Assembly (NCBI GenBank): GCA_035655455.1
Contig: DASRUL010000006.1
Location: 1 to 48,609, forward strand
DNA from: Candidatus Nanoarchaeia archaeon
Lineage (GTDB): Archaea > Nanobdellota > Nanobdellia > SCGC-AAA011-G17 > GW2011-AR18
DNA length: 48,609 nt
Direction: 5' to 3'
Below are positions 25,325 through 34,777 of this stretch, one piece after another (position 1 is the first letter of the stretch; every line of letters starts with the position of its first letter). The position numbers were made by a program, and so were the translations under genes. The notes under the pieces were generated by a model, which had not been told where the DNA came from, searched no databases, and was given only the letters and a program-made list of their open reading frames with translations.

Positions 25325-25579
25325 AAGAAAAACCAAGAATGATTGAAGAAGAAATTTCCTCTCTTGAGCGAGCGGTTGAAAAAGATATGGATAATACCTT
25401 GATTTCAAAAGATACAACTCCCAGTATTCCCTTTCTTCCTTTAAATTAAACCTCTTTTAAGTAAAATAATAGGCCCTTCTTTCTTGTAGATTCCAAAATT
25501 TATTTTTCCACACCTTCAAATCCTCTTTTTCCGAAAAAACCATCCAAATCTTTATAAAAAGACGTTTTTTCCTCCCCTT

Positions 25580-25933
25580 ATGGACCTCGTCGCCTGCCTT
25601 AGCACTGGAAAAGGAACATGGGGACATGTCAGCAGAATGATCGCAGAGCACGAGTGGGATTCCATCTTCCTGGTTTGCAACGAATTTGGAAAAGAAAATT
25701 TCCATCCAGAAAAGAAAGCAAACTTCGTCATCGTCGACAGCCGCAGAGGAACAGAAGAATTACGCAACGACATCAAAGGCCAATTACAAAACCACCTAAA
25801 GGGCACAGAGGTTGCAGTCAATCTCATCTCAGGAATAGGCAAAGAACACATGGCAATCCTCTCGGCACTCTTACAACTTGGTTTTGGCATTCGCTTTCTT
25901 GCATTGACTAAGGATGGAGTGAAAGAAATCTAA
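25580..25933 (+). CDS. small hypothetical Rossmann-like protein
   Basis: 117 aa. A TATA element (CTTTATAAAAAG) lies about 27 nt upstream. The alternating beta/alpha pattern starts with LVACLSTGKGTWGHV and ends with NLISGIGKEHMAILSALLQLG. Confidence 0.5.
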   Translation: MDLVACLSTGKGTWGHVSRMIAEHEWDSIFLVCNEFGKENFHPEKKANFVIVDSRRGTEELRNDIKGQLQNHLKGTEVAVNLISGIGKEHMAILSALLQLGFGIRFLALTKDGVKEI

Positions 25934-25954
25934 TAAATTATAAAAAATCGTGCT

Positions 25955-26242
25955 TCATTTCTTTTTCTCAACAAAACTCCAGATTACATAAACAACAACG
26001 AGAACTATCAAAAAAGTTGTGGATCCACTTGTTAATTTAAGAAATCTCATACCTTCCGCTGAACAACCAGAGCAACCAGCTAAAATGTAAGTTAGAATAC
26101 CCAACACAAAAGCGATGACAAAACTTATTATCATTTTAACAAGTGTAGGTTTAAAGTTCATACACCTTCTCTCTATAAGGTTCTTTATTAAGTTTTCTGC
26201 AAACTCCGCCATCAGCTTCCCCCAAACATCAGTATCCCTCAA
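25955..26242 (-). CDS. small membrane protein (hypothetical)
   Basis: 95 aa with two clear TM helices (MIISFVIAFVLGILTYILAG; TTFLIVLVVVYVIWSF). Confidence 0.4.
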   Translation of the reverse strand: MRDTDVWGKLMAEFAENLIKNLIERRCMNFKPTLVKMIISFVIAFVLGILTYILAGCSGCSAEGMRFLKLTSGSTTFLIVLVVVYVIWSFVEKKK

Positions 26243-26310
26243 CTCAAAAAACCCATAGCTTGTCCACCACAGAAATCATTAAAAACTTCTCACTCCTGAA
26301 AAAATTTAAA

Positions 26311-27369
26311 ATGTCCGAACATTTCGACACCAGACTCAAATCAAACGAAACCTTATTCACAAACGAGACAGCATTAGATTACGAGTACTTACCGCCAATC
26401 ATCAAGTACAGAGAAAACCAACAACACCATATCGCAACCTGCATCCAACCTCTGCTCCAAAAAAAAACGGGAAGAAACCTCGTCATCTTAGGGGCACCGG
26501 GCATTGGAAAAACGGCGGCAATCAGGGCAATACTCCGCGAACTAGAAAACGAAACACAAGATGTTTCCTGCATCTACCTCAACTGCTGGAAGAAAGACTC
26601 CTCCTTCAAGCTCGTGTGCGACATCTGCGAGCAACTTGGTTACGCCTGGACACACAACAAACGCCTCGACCAGCTCACAAAAATCGTAGCACAACTCATC
26701 AACAAAAAAGCAGCAGTTTTGGTCTTTGACGAGATTGACAAGCTTGAGGACAACGGCCTTTTATACTCCCTCCTCGAAGACGTTTACCGCAAAACAATCA
26801 TTCTCATCACCAACGACCAAGCGTTCCTCGCAAACCTCGACCAGCGGGTCAGATCACGCCTCACTCCAGAGATACTTGAGTTCAAGCCTTACAAACTCGA
26901 AGAAGTTCATGGCATCCTCAACCAACGCATCGAATACGCACTTGCAAAAAATATTTTAAGCGAAGAGCTTTTGACTATCATCTCCAAAACAACCCACGAA
27001 GCGGCAGACATCCGCACAGGGCTGTACCTTTTACGAGAAACAACACTTAACGCGGAGGCCTCGGGATCAAAAAAAATCATCCAACACCACATCGACCTCG
27101 CACTCACAAAACTCAGAGACTTCAAGGCAAAAGCTGTCGCGATGCTTGACGAAGAAGAAAGAACGATCCTCACCCTCCTCAGCGAAAACTCTGGAGCCTT
27201 AACCAAAGACGTCTTTGTCCTCTACCAACACCAAGGCGGCAAACGCAGCTACAGAACCTTCCAAAGAAAAATCAAAGACCTCATTGAAGGAAAATACATC
27301 ACCTTCCAAGAGATTTACCATGGAGAAAAAGGCAGGATGCGCAAGCTCGACTACTTCTCAGATGATTAA
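26311..27369 (+). CDS. cdc6: Orc1/Cdc6 replication initiator
   Basis: Walker A is LGAPGIGKTAAI. Walker B is AVLVFDEIDKL. Sensor region is IILITND...RVRSRL. The C-terminus is winged-helix. I preferred the ATG at 26311 over the TTG at 26260. Confidence 0.9.
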   Translation: MSEHFDTRLKSNETLFTNETALDYEYLPPIIKYRENQQHHIATCIQPLLQKKTGRNLVILGAPGIGKTAAIRAILRELENETQDVSCIYLNCWKKDSSFKLVCDICEQLGYAWTHNKRLDQLTKIVAQLINKKAAVLVFDEIDKLEDNGLLYSLLEDVYRKTIILITNDQAFLANLDQRVRSRLTPEILEFKPYKLEEVHGILNQRIEYALAKNILSEELLTIISKTTHEAADIRTGLYLLRETTLNAEASGSKKIIQHHIDLALTKLRDFKAKAVAMLDEEERTILTLLSENSGALTKDVFVLYQHQGGKRSYRTFQRKIKDLIEGKYITFQEIYHGEKGRMRKLDYFSDD

Positions 27370-27457
27370 AAGATTTGCTCGCGACATCAACGACAACCGC
27401 GCGTAACGCTTTTTAAGCAAGACAGCCAAGATATCCTAAACACTTGTGGAGGTGGCG

Positions 27458-27568
27458 ATGATGAAAGCAGACTTAGAACTGGAAACCATATCAAGACTGT
27501 TCAGCAGGCAGATCAGCTCCCTGCCTGTAGACAGAAAGATAAAAATACAGGGGGTGAGGGTCTTATGA
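27458..27568 (+). CDS. candidate small ORF (36 aa)
   Basis: MMKADLELETISRLFSRQISSLPVDRKIKIQGVRVL. It is preceded by GGAGGTG (27448-27454), and its stop overlaps the next ATG (ATGA). No homology is recognised. Confidence 0.25.
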   Translation: MMKADLELETISRLFSRQISSLPVDRKIKIQGVRVL

Positions 27569-27672
27569 GAAAGTCAAGACTAAGAAAAGAAATCAACCGC
27601 CTGCTTGAAGACGACGAGATCAGCTCAGCAGAGGCAGGGTTCATGCTCGGTTACTTCGACGACGAGGCATAG
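27565..27672 (+). CDS. candidate small ORF (35 aa), translationally coupled to the previous one
   Basis: MRKSRLRKEINRLLEDDEISSAEAGFMLGYFDDEA: a basic N-terminus and an acidic C-terminus. It lies in the cdc6-phosphoesterase spacer. Confidence 0.25.
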   Translation: MRKSRLRKEINRLLEDDEISSAEAGFMLGYFDDEA

Positions 27673-27706
27673 AAAGACTTTTCAATACCCTTTCTTTTTT
27701 TTCTTT

Positions 27707-28303
27707 ATGAAAATCCTCGCATTCACAGACATCCACGCAGACCCAGAAGCGTTTGCAACCCTCAAAAGAAAAATCAAGAATGACCATCCTGAGATCGTCG
27801 CCTGCTGCGGCGACATCAGCAACTTCGGCATGGACTTAGAGTTTGCTGTAAAACAAATCCTCTCCTTCAAAAAGAAAACCCTCCTCATTCCAGGAAACCA
27901 TGAAACAGCAGAAGAAGTCAGGCATATCAGCCAAAGGCACAAAGAAATCATCAACCTTCACGACAGCTTCTTTGAAATCGACAACGTTGTTTTTTATGGA
28001 TATGGCGGCGGAGGATTTTCACTCCATGATCCCAAATTCGAGAAAAAAATCCAACAACTCCTCAAGAAGATCCCTCAAGGAAAGAAACTTGTCTTTCTCA
28101 CTCACGCACCAATTTACAACACCAAGCTTGACAAACTCTCCCGCGGACACTTCGGAAACAAGAGCACAAGAACCTTCATTGAACTTGCAAAACCAACTCT
28201 TGCCCTCTGCGGCCACTTTCACGAGAATGAAAAGAAAAAAGATGTTCTTGGAAATTCACACATTCTTAACCCGGGATGCGATGGAATGATTATAGAAATA
28301 TAA
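27707..28303 (+). CDS. calcineurin-like metallophosphoesterase
   Basis: MKILAFTDIHAD, CCGDISNFG, IPGNHE, FLTHAP and CGHFHE are the canonical metallophosphoesterase motifs. The track start at 27605 is a TTG extension through the small ORF. Confidence 0.85.
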   Translation: MKILAFTDIHADPEAFATLKRKIKNDHPEIVACCGDISNFGMDLEFAVKQILSFKKKTLLIPGNHETAEEVRHISQRHKEIINLHDSFFEIDNVVFYGYGGGGFSLHDPKFEKKIQQLLKKIPQGKKLVFLTHAPIYNTKLDKLSRGHFGNKSTRTFIELAKPTLALCGHFHENEKKKDVLGNSHILNPGCDGMIIEI

Positions 28304-28307
28304 AAAA

Positions 28308-28356
28308 AAGAGAAGAATTTATCTTCTCTTCTTCTTTGCTGCTTTTCTTTTTTTTG
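28308..28356. terminator. hairpin plus oligo-T tract between convergent genes
   Basis: A 9-bp stem AAGAGAAGA/TCTTCTCTT with loop ATTTA (28308-28330) is flanked by an A-run upstream and T-runs downstream (GCTTTTCTTTTTTTT). Confidence 0.35.
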
Positions 28357-28472
28357 CCATTTTTCACCTCTCTTTTCCAGAGATTTATTTATCATGAAAA
28401 AGGTACACCTTTACTCGGCCCACCTTTTCATATGATTTCAGGGAATCACGTGTTTAAATAGTTTGCGATTTT

Positions 28473-29255
28473 TTATTTTTTAAGAAAAATTTTTTTAAAA
28501 TTTGAAAAAATAATTTTTTCAGCCTCCTCACGCTCAATTTTTTTAATCTCGCTAATTTTTTTCACCGCCTCAACGATGTGCGCTGGCTCACTTCTGCCAT
28601 CCTTCACGTAACTCAAGAACGGACCATCGGTCTCAGTCAAGATATTGCTCAACGAAACCATCTCAACAACAAGCTGAAAATGCTGCAACCTCGTCACAAT
28701 CGTCGGTATTGAGAAAAAACAACCAAGATCCTCAGCCCTCTTCACAATCTTAAGGCTCGGCATGAAACTGTGCAACACCACATTTTTCAATCTTGAGCTC
28801 TCAATCATATCAAGAACATCACACTCAGCCTTCCTTGAATGCACAACAAGCGGTTTTCTCATCTTCTCCGCAAGCTCAATCACCTTCTGAAAGACTTTTT
28901 GTTGCTCTTTCTCCTTTCCCTTCACAGCATGATAATCCAAGCCACATTCCCCGACAGCAACAATCTTCTCCTTATTCTTCTCAATAAAGCAAAGCTCCTC
29001 CTCAACATCAATCGGCTCAATCTCACGCTCAAGGTCAGCCTCAGCAACGACAGCATCAACAGGATACATCCCAAGACTCACCTTGACAATGTCCTTGTAC
29101 TTTCTCGCAAGATCCAACACAGCAAGATTCGTGCCGTGGTTCACCCCAGAATTAACAATCGTGTGCACACCAGCATCCCGCGCCCGGGTAAGAACCAGAT
29201 CAATATCCTCCTTGTAACGCTTATGATACAAGTGGCAATGAGCATCCGCAATCAT
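28473..29255 (-). CDS. tatD: TatD-family metal-dependent hydrolase/DNase
   Basis: MIADAHCHLY (the HxH motif), GECGLDYH, VVHSR and TDGPF are the family landmarks. Confidence 0.88.
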   Translation of the reverse strand: MIADAHCHLYHKRYKEDIDLVLTRARDAGVHTIVNSGVNHGTNLAVLDLARKYKDIVKVSLGMYPVDAVVAEADLEREIEPIDVEEELCFIEKNKEKIVAVGECGLDYHAVKGKEKEQQKVFQKVIELAEKMRKPLVVHSRKAECDVLDMIESSRLKNVVLHSFMPSLKIVKRAEDLGCFFSIPTIVTRLQHFQLVVEMVSLSNILTETDGPFLSYVKDGRSEPAHIVEAVKKISEIKKIEREEAEKIIFSNFKKIFLKK

Positions 29256-29290
29256 ACCTCACTGGAAAAACTCTTTCTTTATAAAATATG

Positions 29291-30499
29291 CTAGAACAAC
29301 ACCGCAACCAACACCACTAAAGGACCAAAAATGAATTGCAACAATTTCACAAGATACGGCAAGAGATTAATGAAGATCAACATCAAGCAAAGAAGCGTCG
29401 CACCCATCCACAAGCGCCGCGCCTTTCTCTCATTATTTTTTGTCAACCACAACGCCGCAATCATAAACATCCTTCCCCCATCAATCGGACCAAGAGGCAA
29501 GAGATTAAAGAGGCCCACCCCCAAACTAATCGTAAACAACCAGAAGGCAAGCTTCAACAACCAGCTGAACGCAGGATACACTGGCTTGAACCAAGCATGC
29601 TCTTTTTTAACACCAACACCCACCGGACTGATACTCACCCCTAACATTGCTCTTTTAGGATCATCCTGGCTCGCACCAAGAACAACCCCGACCTCGGACA
29701 CGTTTGTTTTTACAAGAACAATATCACCGGGCTTGTACTTTCCAAGCGCCTCAGAAAACTCCCGAGGATTGTTTACTTGCCGCTCATCAATGCCAAGAAT
29801 CCTCACCCCAGGGCGCAGCATCGTCTCATTGATGGGAAGAGTCTCATCAATACTCACAATCTGCACACCCTCAGCAGCAATCAACACATTTCCCACAGGA
29901 TTAAACACAAACACGATCACAACAAAGACCAACAACGCAAGAACAAAATTCGCGAACGGACCAGCAGAAATAATCGTCAACTGCTTGTACTTCTTAAGCT
30001 TCTTCAACTCATCCTCATCAGGCTCAACAAACGCAGCAAGAATCGGACCAAGAAACGCAAACCCAGAAGATTTAATTTTAATCTTCTGAAGCTTCGCATA
30101 GACGCCGTGCATAAACTCATGAACAACAGCAATTATTAAGATCCCAATAATCCAATGCCAAAAAGAAAGCGCTGGAACGCCAGGAATAGATACACCAGGA
30201 AGAATCGGCGCCAACACAGGCTGCGCAGTCGGCGTCCTCACAAGGTTAAACGTCCCCTGAAATAAAATAAAGAAGATAAAGCCCATCCCAAGAAAACCGG
30301 TCACCACGCTCACAAAACCAAGAACATGAAGCACTCTTGGAAAAGACCTCGCGATCCTCTCCATCAACCGAATCCCAAGCTGCGTCTTGTACATCACAAA
30401 GAACTTGTTCTGAACCTCAAACCTGCTCCTGTACTTCCTAAATAAAAGGTAAAGAACTAGATAGAACGCGAGTGCAAGGACAAGATCATAGTTCATCAT
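29291..30499 (-). CDS. M50 site-2 protease with an internal PDZ-like region
   Basis: HExxH in a TM helix (VVHEFMHGVYA), the second metal-ligand motif (NLLPLGPIDGG), multiple TM helices and a central soluble segment (VRILGIDERQVNNPREFSEALGKYKPGDIVLV). Confidence 0.85.
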   Translation of the reverse strand: MMNYDLVLALAFYLVLYLLFRKYRSRFEVQNKFFVMYKTQLGIRLMERIARSFPRVLHVLGFVSVVTGFLGMGFIFFILFQGTFNLVRTPTAQPVLAPILPGVSIPGVPALSFWHWIIGILIIAVVHEFMHGVYAKLQKIKIKSSGFAFLGPILAAFVEPDEDELKKLKKYKQLTIISAGPFANFVLALLVFVVIVFVFNPVGNVLIAAEGVQIVSIDETLPINETMLRPGVRILGIDERQVNNPREFSEALGKYKPGDIVLVKTNVSEVGVVLGASQDDPKRAMLGVSISPVGVGVKKEHAWFKPVYPAFSWLLKLAFWLFTISLGVGLFNLLPLGPIDGGRMFMIAALWLTKNNERKARRLWMGATLLCLMLIFINLLPYLVKLLQFIFGPLVVLVAVLF

Positions 30500-30502
30500 C
30501 TT

Positions 30503-30670
30503 TTACGTTTTCGTCTTCTTAATAGGCCTGAGCGCAAAACTCCCACACTTCTTACAACGCACCTTCCCCTTCAACACCTTCGCAGGATCAGCCCTCCGCT
30601 TCGTCTTACACTTCCTACAAACATACACCCCTCCAAAAATCCGCTTCGTCGCCTCAGGAAACCGCACCAT
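30503..30670 (-). CDS. rpl40e: ribosomal protein L40e
   Basis: 55-aa ORF below the ORF-track cutoff: MVRFPEATKRIFGGVYVCRKCKTKRRADPAKVLKGKVRCKKCGSFALRPIKKTKT. It has the RFPEA start and a CxxC...CxxC ribbon. It lies directly downstream of aIF5A. Confidence 0.8.
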   Translation of the reverse strand: MVRFPEATKRIFGGVYVCRKCKTKRRADPAKVLKGKVRCKKCGSFALRPIKKTKT

Positions 30671-31060
30671 TTACTTCCCCTTCAGAATCTTTTGATCCAT
30701 CACAATCCAATAACTCACATGAGCCCCCTCTTCAACAGACCCTTTCAACTCTTCTGAAACCACAAGATCAAACGTCTCATATGTTTCAGCATCCATCACA
30801 TTCGCAACATTCTCATGCACAGACAACACCTGAGCGCTCTTCTTCTCAATAATAGGGACCTCCATATTATCGCCGCTTGGATGAAGCTCAATTCTCTTCT
30901 GGCTGTCAATAATTCCCACAGCCTCAATCCTACACTTCGAAGAGCCATGCTTCCCAGTCTTACTAATCTGAATATTTTTCACAACACACGGCGCGCCATT
31001 CATCAACACATAACTTCCCACCTTCAAGTTTCCAGCCTGCGTCTGCCGTATCTCAGCCAT
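30671..31060 (-). CDS. eif5a: translation initiation factor 5A (aIF5A)
   Basis: The hypusination loop is ISKTGKHGSSKC. The N-terminus is SH3-like and the C-terminus is an OB fold. Confidence 0.9.
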   Translation of the reverse strand: MAEIRQTQAGNLKVGSYVLMNGAPCVVKNIQISKTGKHGSSKCRIEAVGIIDSQKRIELHPSGDNMEVPIIEKKSAQVLSVHENVANVMDAETYETFDLVVSEELKGSVEEGAHVSYWIVMDQKILKGK

Positions 31061-31105
31061 AAGCTGTGCTGGTCACAGCCTCTTTATAAAAGTTTGCTCA
31101 CTCTC

Positions 31106-31519
31106 TCAGAGCCACTGCTCAGCATATTGCTGCGGCGGTCTTGAATTTCTTCTTTGCATGCTCATTCCAGGTGTCGCGAGCACTTCCTCAAGTGCGTCTA
31201 TTTTTATCATCTGCGAAAGAGGAACATACAACTTCAATCCTCCATCGTAAAAAAATTCATAACGAACACCTTCTTGTGGAGGAGGAGCGAAGAACTCAAA
31301 GCGCTGCGTTTTTTTATTCACTTCTCCAAGATAAAGCAGGCTTCTTCCATCCGGCGGAATTTCCGTAAGCGCCGCGTACTCAACCTTTTTCCCACCAACA
31401 ATCCCTTCGACAATCAGCGCTGACAACTCAGTATACCTCACTCTGAATCCCGCGTCCTGCAGCAAGAGCAATGGCTGAACGCGCGTCACTTGCTTTATAA
31501 TCGTTTTTTCATTCTTCAT
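31106..31519 (-). CDS. hypothetical protein
   Basis: 137 aa with codon style matching other minus-strand genes. A TATA element (GTTTATAAAAGG) lies about 29 nt upstream. No motif recognised. Confidence 0.5.
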   Translation of the reverse strand: MKNEKTIIKQVTRVQPLLLLQDAGFRVRYTELSALIVEGIVGGKKVEYAALTEIPPDGRSLLYLGEVNKKTQRFEFFAPPPQEGVRYEFFYDGGLKLYVPLSQMIKIDALEEVLATPGMSMQRRNSRPPQQYAEQWL

Positions 31520-31615
31520 TGGAACGACGAAGGACTCTATAACCTTTTATAAACCTATCGCAAAAAAAATCCCAAAAAAAGAAAACATTAAAAAGACTCT
31601 TTTTCTGACGTTTTT

Positions 31616-32272
31616 ATGGTTTTAGTAAAAGAAAAAGACTTCGTAGCAATCTCTTACACAGGAAGGATCAAAGACTCAGGAACCATCTTCGACCTAACAG
31701 ACGCAGACCTCGCAAAAAAAGAGGGCATCTACGACGAACACAACCACGCTCATTACGGCCCGAAGATCATTTGCGTTGGTGAGGGCCACGTCATTCATGG
31801 ACTAGACAAAGCCCTCATTGGAAAAGAGCCAGGAACAACGTTCATTGTTGAACTCAACCCAGAAGACGCCTTCGGAACAAGAAACACCGGCCTCGTAAAA
31901 ACCATCCAAACATCACTCCTCCTCGAACAAAATATCCGCCCCTACCCGGGATTGCAGATCCAGGGACCAAACATGATGGGCATCATCAGATCAGTCTCAG
32001 GCGGAAGAACAATCGTCGACTTCAACCATCCCCTCGCAGGAAAACCCCTCCTTTACGAAACCAAAATAGAAAGAATCATTGAAGACACCACTGAAAAAGT
32101 GAGGGCATTACTCTTCGTCCTCTTGCACCTTCATCAAGACGCGTACCAGTTAACCGTCGAAGGAACAAAGATACTCATCACACCCAAAGAAACCCTGCCA
32201 GTGTCCTTAACAACAGCATTCAAAACCAAGACAGAAGCTCTCATCACAGGTATTGAAGTCATGTTTGGCTGA
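31616..32272 (+). CDS. FKBP-type peptidyl-prolyl isomerase (archaeal long type with insert-in-flap)
   Basis: DFVAISYTGRIKDSGTIFD, VGEGHVIHGLDKALIGKEPG and DFNHPLAGKPLLYE are FKBP/SlyD-like landmarks. Confidence 0.82.
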   Translation: MVLVKEKDFVAISYTGRIKDSGTIFDLTDADLAKKEGIYDEHNHAHYGPKIICVGEGHVIHGLDKALIGKEPGTTFIVELNPEDAFGTRNTGLVKTIQTSLLLEQNIRPYPGLQIQGPNMMGIIRSVSGGRTIVDFNHPLAGKPLLYETKIERIIEDTTEKVRALLFVLLHLHQDAYQLTVEGTKILITPKETLPVSLTTAFKTKTEALITGIEVMFG

Positions 32273-32346
32273 TCCAATAAGTATTTGCCAAGATTTCTTT
32301 TCCACTACAACTATCCTTAAATAGGAGTTTGTAGGCCAAAGGCCGA

Positions 32347-33471
32347 ATGGAATCCTTATTACGGCAGGCTACAGAACGATCACTAGAAACCCTCCGTTTC
32401 AAAGACAGCCCAAAAAAAACAACAGCAATCGACGAAGAGCTTGAAGAGCTTGTCACCAGACAAAAGGCGAAGATTAAAGTGTTCGGCATCGGCGGCGGAG
32501 GAAACAACACCATCAACAGGATGTCTGAAGTCGGCATCACCGGCTCAGAAACAGTCGCGGTCAACACCGACGCCCAAGATTTACTCTACACCACCGCAGA
32601 CGCAAAAATCCTTATTGGAAAAGAACTCACCAACGGCCTCGGCGCAGGAAGCATCCCAAAAATCGGAGAAGACGCTGCAAAAGAAAGCGAAAAAGACGTG
32701 AAAGAAAAGATCCATGGCGCAGACATCGTCTTCGTCACCTGCGGTCTCGGCGGAGGAACAGGAACAGGAGCGACACCAGTCATCGCAGACATCGCGAAAA
32801 AAATGGGAATCCTCACCGTCGCCATTGTCACTATCCCCTTCTCCATGGAAGGACAACGAAGATACGCAAACGCAATCGAAGGCCTAGAAAAACTCGAACA
32901 AATTGTAGACACCTTAATTGTGATCCCAAACGACAAGCTGCTCGAACTTTGTCCTGGCTTGCCATTGCACACCGCATTCAAAGTCGCAGACGAAATCTTA
33001 ACGAACGCGGTCAAAGGCATCGCAGAACTCGTCACTAAGACCGGACTTGTCAACTTAGACTTCGCTGATATCAAAACAGTGATGGGCAAAGGCGGCGTCG
33101 CCATGATCGGAGTCGGAGAGTCGGACTCTGAAAACCGCGCAATCGAATCTGTAGAAAAAGCCATCCACAATCCTCTCTTAGACGTAGACATCACCGGAGC
33201 GAACGGCGCGCTCATCAACATCTCTGGCGGGCCAAACATGACTCTGGACGAAGCTCGAAGAATCGTCGAAACAGTCACAGAACGGCTTGATGAAGAAGCC
33301 CGCGTCATCTGGGGCGCGCAAATCTCTGAAGACCTCGACCAAACCATCAGAACACTTCTCATCGTCACAGGGGTGAACTCGCCACAAATCTTCGGACCAA
33401 AAAAAGTCACAACTGTCGACAGGAAAAAACGCGAAATCGAAAACGAATTGGGAATTGAGTTTGTAAATTAA
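32347..33471 (+). CDS. ftsZ: cell division GTPase FtsZ
   Basis: The tubulin signature is [15 protein letters not shown], together with [13 protein letters not shown] and the NTD...LI pattern. Confidence 0.95.
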   Translation: MESLLRQATERSLETLRFKDSPKKTTAIDEELEELVTRQKAKIKVFGIGGGGNNTINRMSEVGITGSETVAVNTDAQDLLYTTADAKILIGKELTNGLGAGSIPKIGEDAAKESEKDVKEKIHGADIVFVTCGLGGGTGTGATPVIADIAKKMGILTVAIVTIPFSMEGQRRYANAIEGLEKLEQIVDTLIVIPNDKLLELCPGLPLHTAFKVADEILTNAVKGIAELVTKTGLVNLDFADIKTVMGKGGVAMIGVGESDSENRAIESVEKAIHNPLLDVDITGANGALINISGGPNMTLDEARRIVETVTERLDEEARVIWGAQISEDLDQTIRTLLIVTGVNSPQIFGPKKVTTVDRKKREIENELGIEFVN

Positions 33472-33514
33472 GCTCGCAGAAACCTTTTTATAGTTGCTTT
33501 CAAAAACCCCTCTT

Positions 33515-33841
33515 ATGGGAAAAAAGACTGATACAGACCCTCTTCTAAAAAAAATCGACCAGCTCCTTCAAGCTATGCATGAGCGTGAACAGGCGACTAA
33601 CAAACTCATCGAGCGCGCAGACAGCATATTTTCACTCTTTGAAGAAGCAAGCAAGCATGTCGCAGAGGCGCAAAGCACAGAAGAAAAAATCAGAACACTC
33701 TCTATAAAACTCGAAGCACTCCTCGACCAAAACAAAACCATCGCACAAGGCCTCATCCTCCTCGAAAAATACGTGCGCGGCAAAACAAGACTCGAACCAG
33801 CGCTCGGCACCATAAAAACACAATCATTCTCAAGCCCCTAA
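33515..33841 (+). CDS. coiled-coil hypothetical protein downstream of ftsZ
   Basis: 108 aa from ATG 33515. A TATA element (CTTTTTATAG) lies about 27 nt upstream. The sequence has helical heptad character. Confidence 0.45.
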   Translation: MGKKTDTDPLLKKIDQLLQAMHEREQATNKLIERADSIFSLFEEASKHVAEAQSTEEKIRTLSIKLEALLDQNKTIAQGLILLEKYVRGKTRLEPALGTIKTQSFSSP

Positions 33842-33843
33842 CA

Positions 33844-34686
33844 ATGATACAAGAACCACACTTTCTTGTTGACGAATATCTTCTCCAAGAGATTGACGAG
33901 CTAAAAGACGTTGCGAAAGCACTTGGAAAAAAACACTCACCAGAAAACGACCGCTCCCTCTTTTTATGGAACTTCACCAACGCCCTCTTCCACGCATACC
34001 TCACCAAAAAACAAACACACAACCAAACGCAAGAAGAAGAAAAAAACATCCTGAAAAAAGAACTAGAAAAAAAGAAAAAAGAATTACTTACCAAATTAGA
34101 AGGCTTAAAACACGCAGAAAATCCACTTGGAAAAAAACTTGTGTTCTCCAAAGTAACCAAGAATCCTCTCGTCTCGTCCTCAATCAAAGAAGACACCTAC
34201 ACCGTGACAGAACCCCCACTCACGCAAGAAGAACAAAAAACACTTTCTCTTCTTCAAGAACAAATCAAACCACAACAACTCTTGAACACGGAAGAAACAA
34301 AAAAAGCTGTCTTTCAGGAACTCCAAAAGCACAACCTTCCCCCTTCTGAAGAGGCCTTCGACCGCCTCAGATACTACCTTGTCAGGGACCTCACCAAACT
34401 CGGAAAAATCTCACCACTGCTGGAAGACCCAAAAATAGAAGAAGTCGTATGCACCTCAGCAGGAGAAAAACTCACGGTGAAATACGACGGGAAAGAACTC
34501 TTCACCAACATCACCTTTGGCTCAGATGAAGACTTAAACATGTTCATTACCCACCTCTCAACACTCACCAAAGGCACAGTTTCTCCTGAACACCCCTTCC
34601 TCAACGCAACCTTCGACGGCTTTGAAATCCAGGCTTCCCTTGGCGCTGAACACGTTTCAGGAAGGTTCGTGATTGTGAGAAAATGA
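33844..34686 (+). CDS. N-terminal-domain-only relative of FlaI/PilB/VirB11-type secretion ATPases (possible gene remnant)
   Basis: Residues about 170-280 (LRYYLVRDLTKLGKISPLLEDPKIEEVVC...FDGFEIQASLGAEHVSGRFVIVRK) match the N-terminal domain that ends in the FTIRKF-type motif. The ORF stops immediately after it. No Walker A/B follows. Confidence 0.5.
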   Translation: MIQEPHFLVDEYLLQEIDELKDVAKALGKKHSPENDRSLFLWNFTNALFHAYLTKKQTHNQTQEEEKNILKKELEKKKKELLTKLEGLKHAENPLGKKLVFSKVTKNPLVSSSIKEDTYTVTEPPLTQEEQKTLSLLQEQIKPQQLLNTEETKKAVFQELQKHNLPPSEEAFDRLRYYLVRDLTKLGKISPLLEDPKIEEVVCTSAGEKLTVKYDGKELFTNITFGSDEDLNMFITHLSTLTKGTVSPEHPFLNATFDGFEIQASLGAEHVSGRFVIVRK

Positions 34687-34777
34687 TCACCTTCCAACCT
34701 CAAGGGATTAAAGGGCTTCTTTCTCCTCCGCTTTCTCGACTCAAAAACACCTTGCACCCAGGAAAAACATTCAACGC

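Noticed and set aside
25325-27706. A replication origin next to Orc1/Cdc6.
   Set aside because: I found no repeated ORB or mini-ORB-like elements and no extended AT-rich unwinding element flanking cdc6. The strand compositional bias has the same sign on both sides of the gene. An origin cannot be excluded without genome-wide skew or marker-frequency data.
28319-28360. A 13-codon minus-strand micro-ORF (MAKKRKAAKKKRR) preceded by GAGGTG and ending in the terminator hairpin loop.
   Set aside because: It is too short and too low in complexity to support. The A/T-run context of a bidirectional terminator easily generates Lys codons. It has no recognisable relation to L41e-type peptides.
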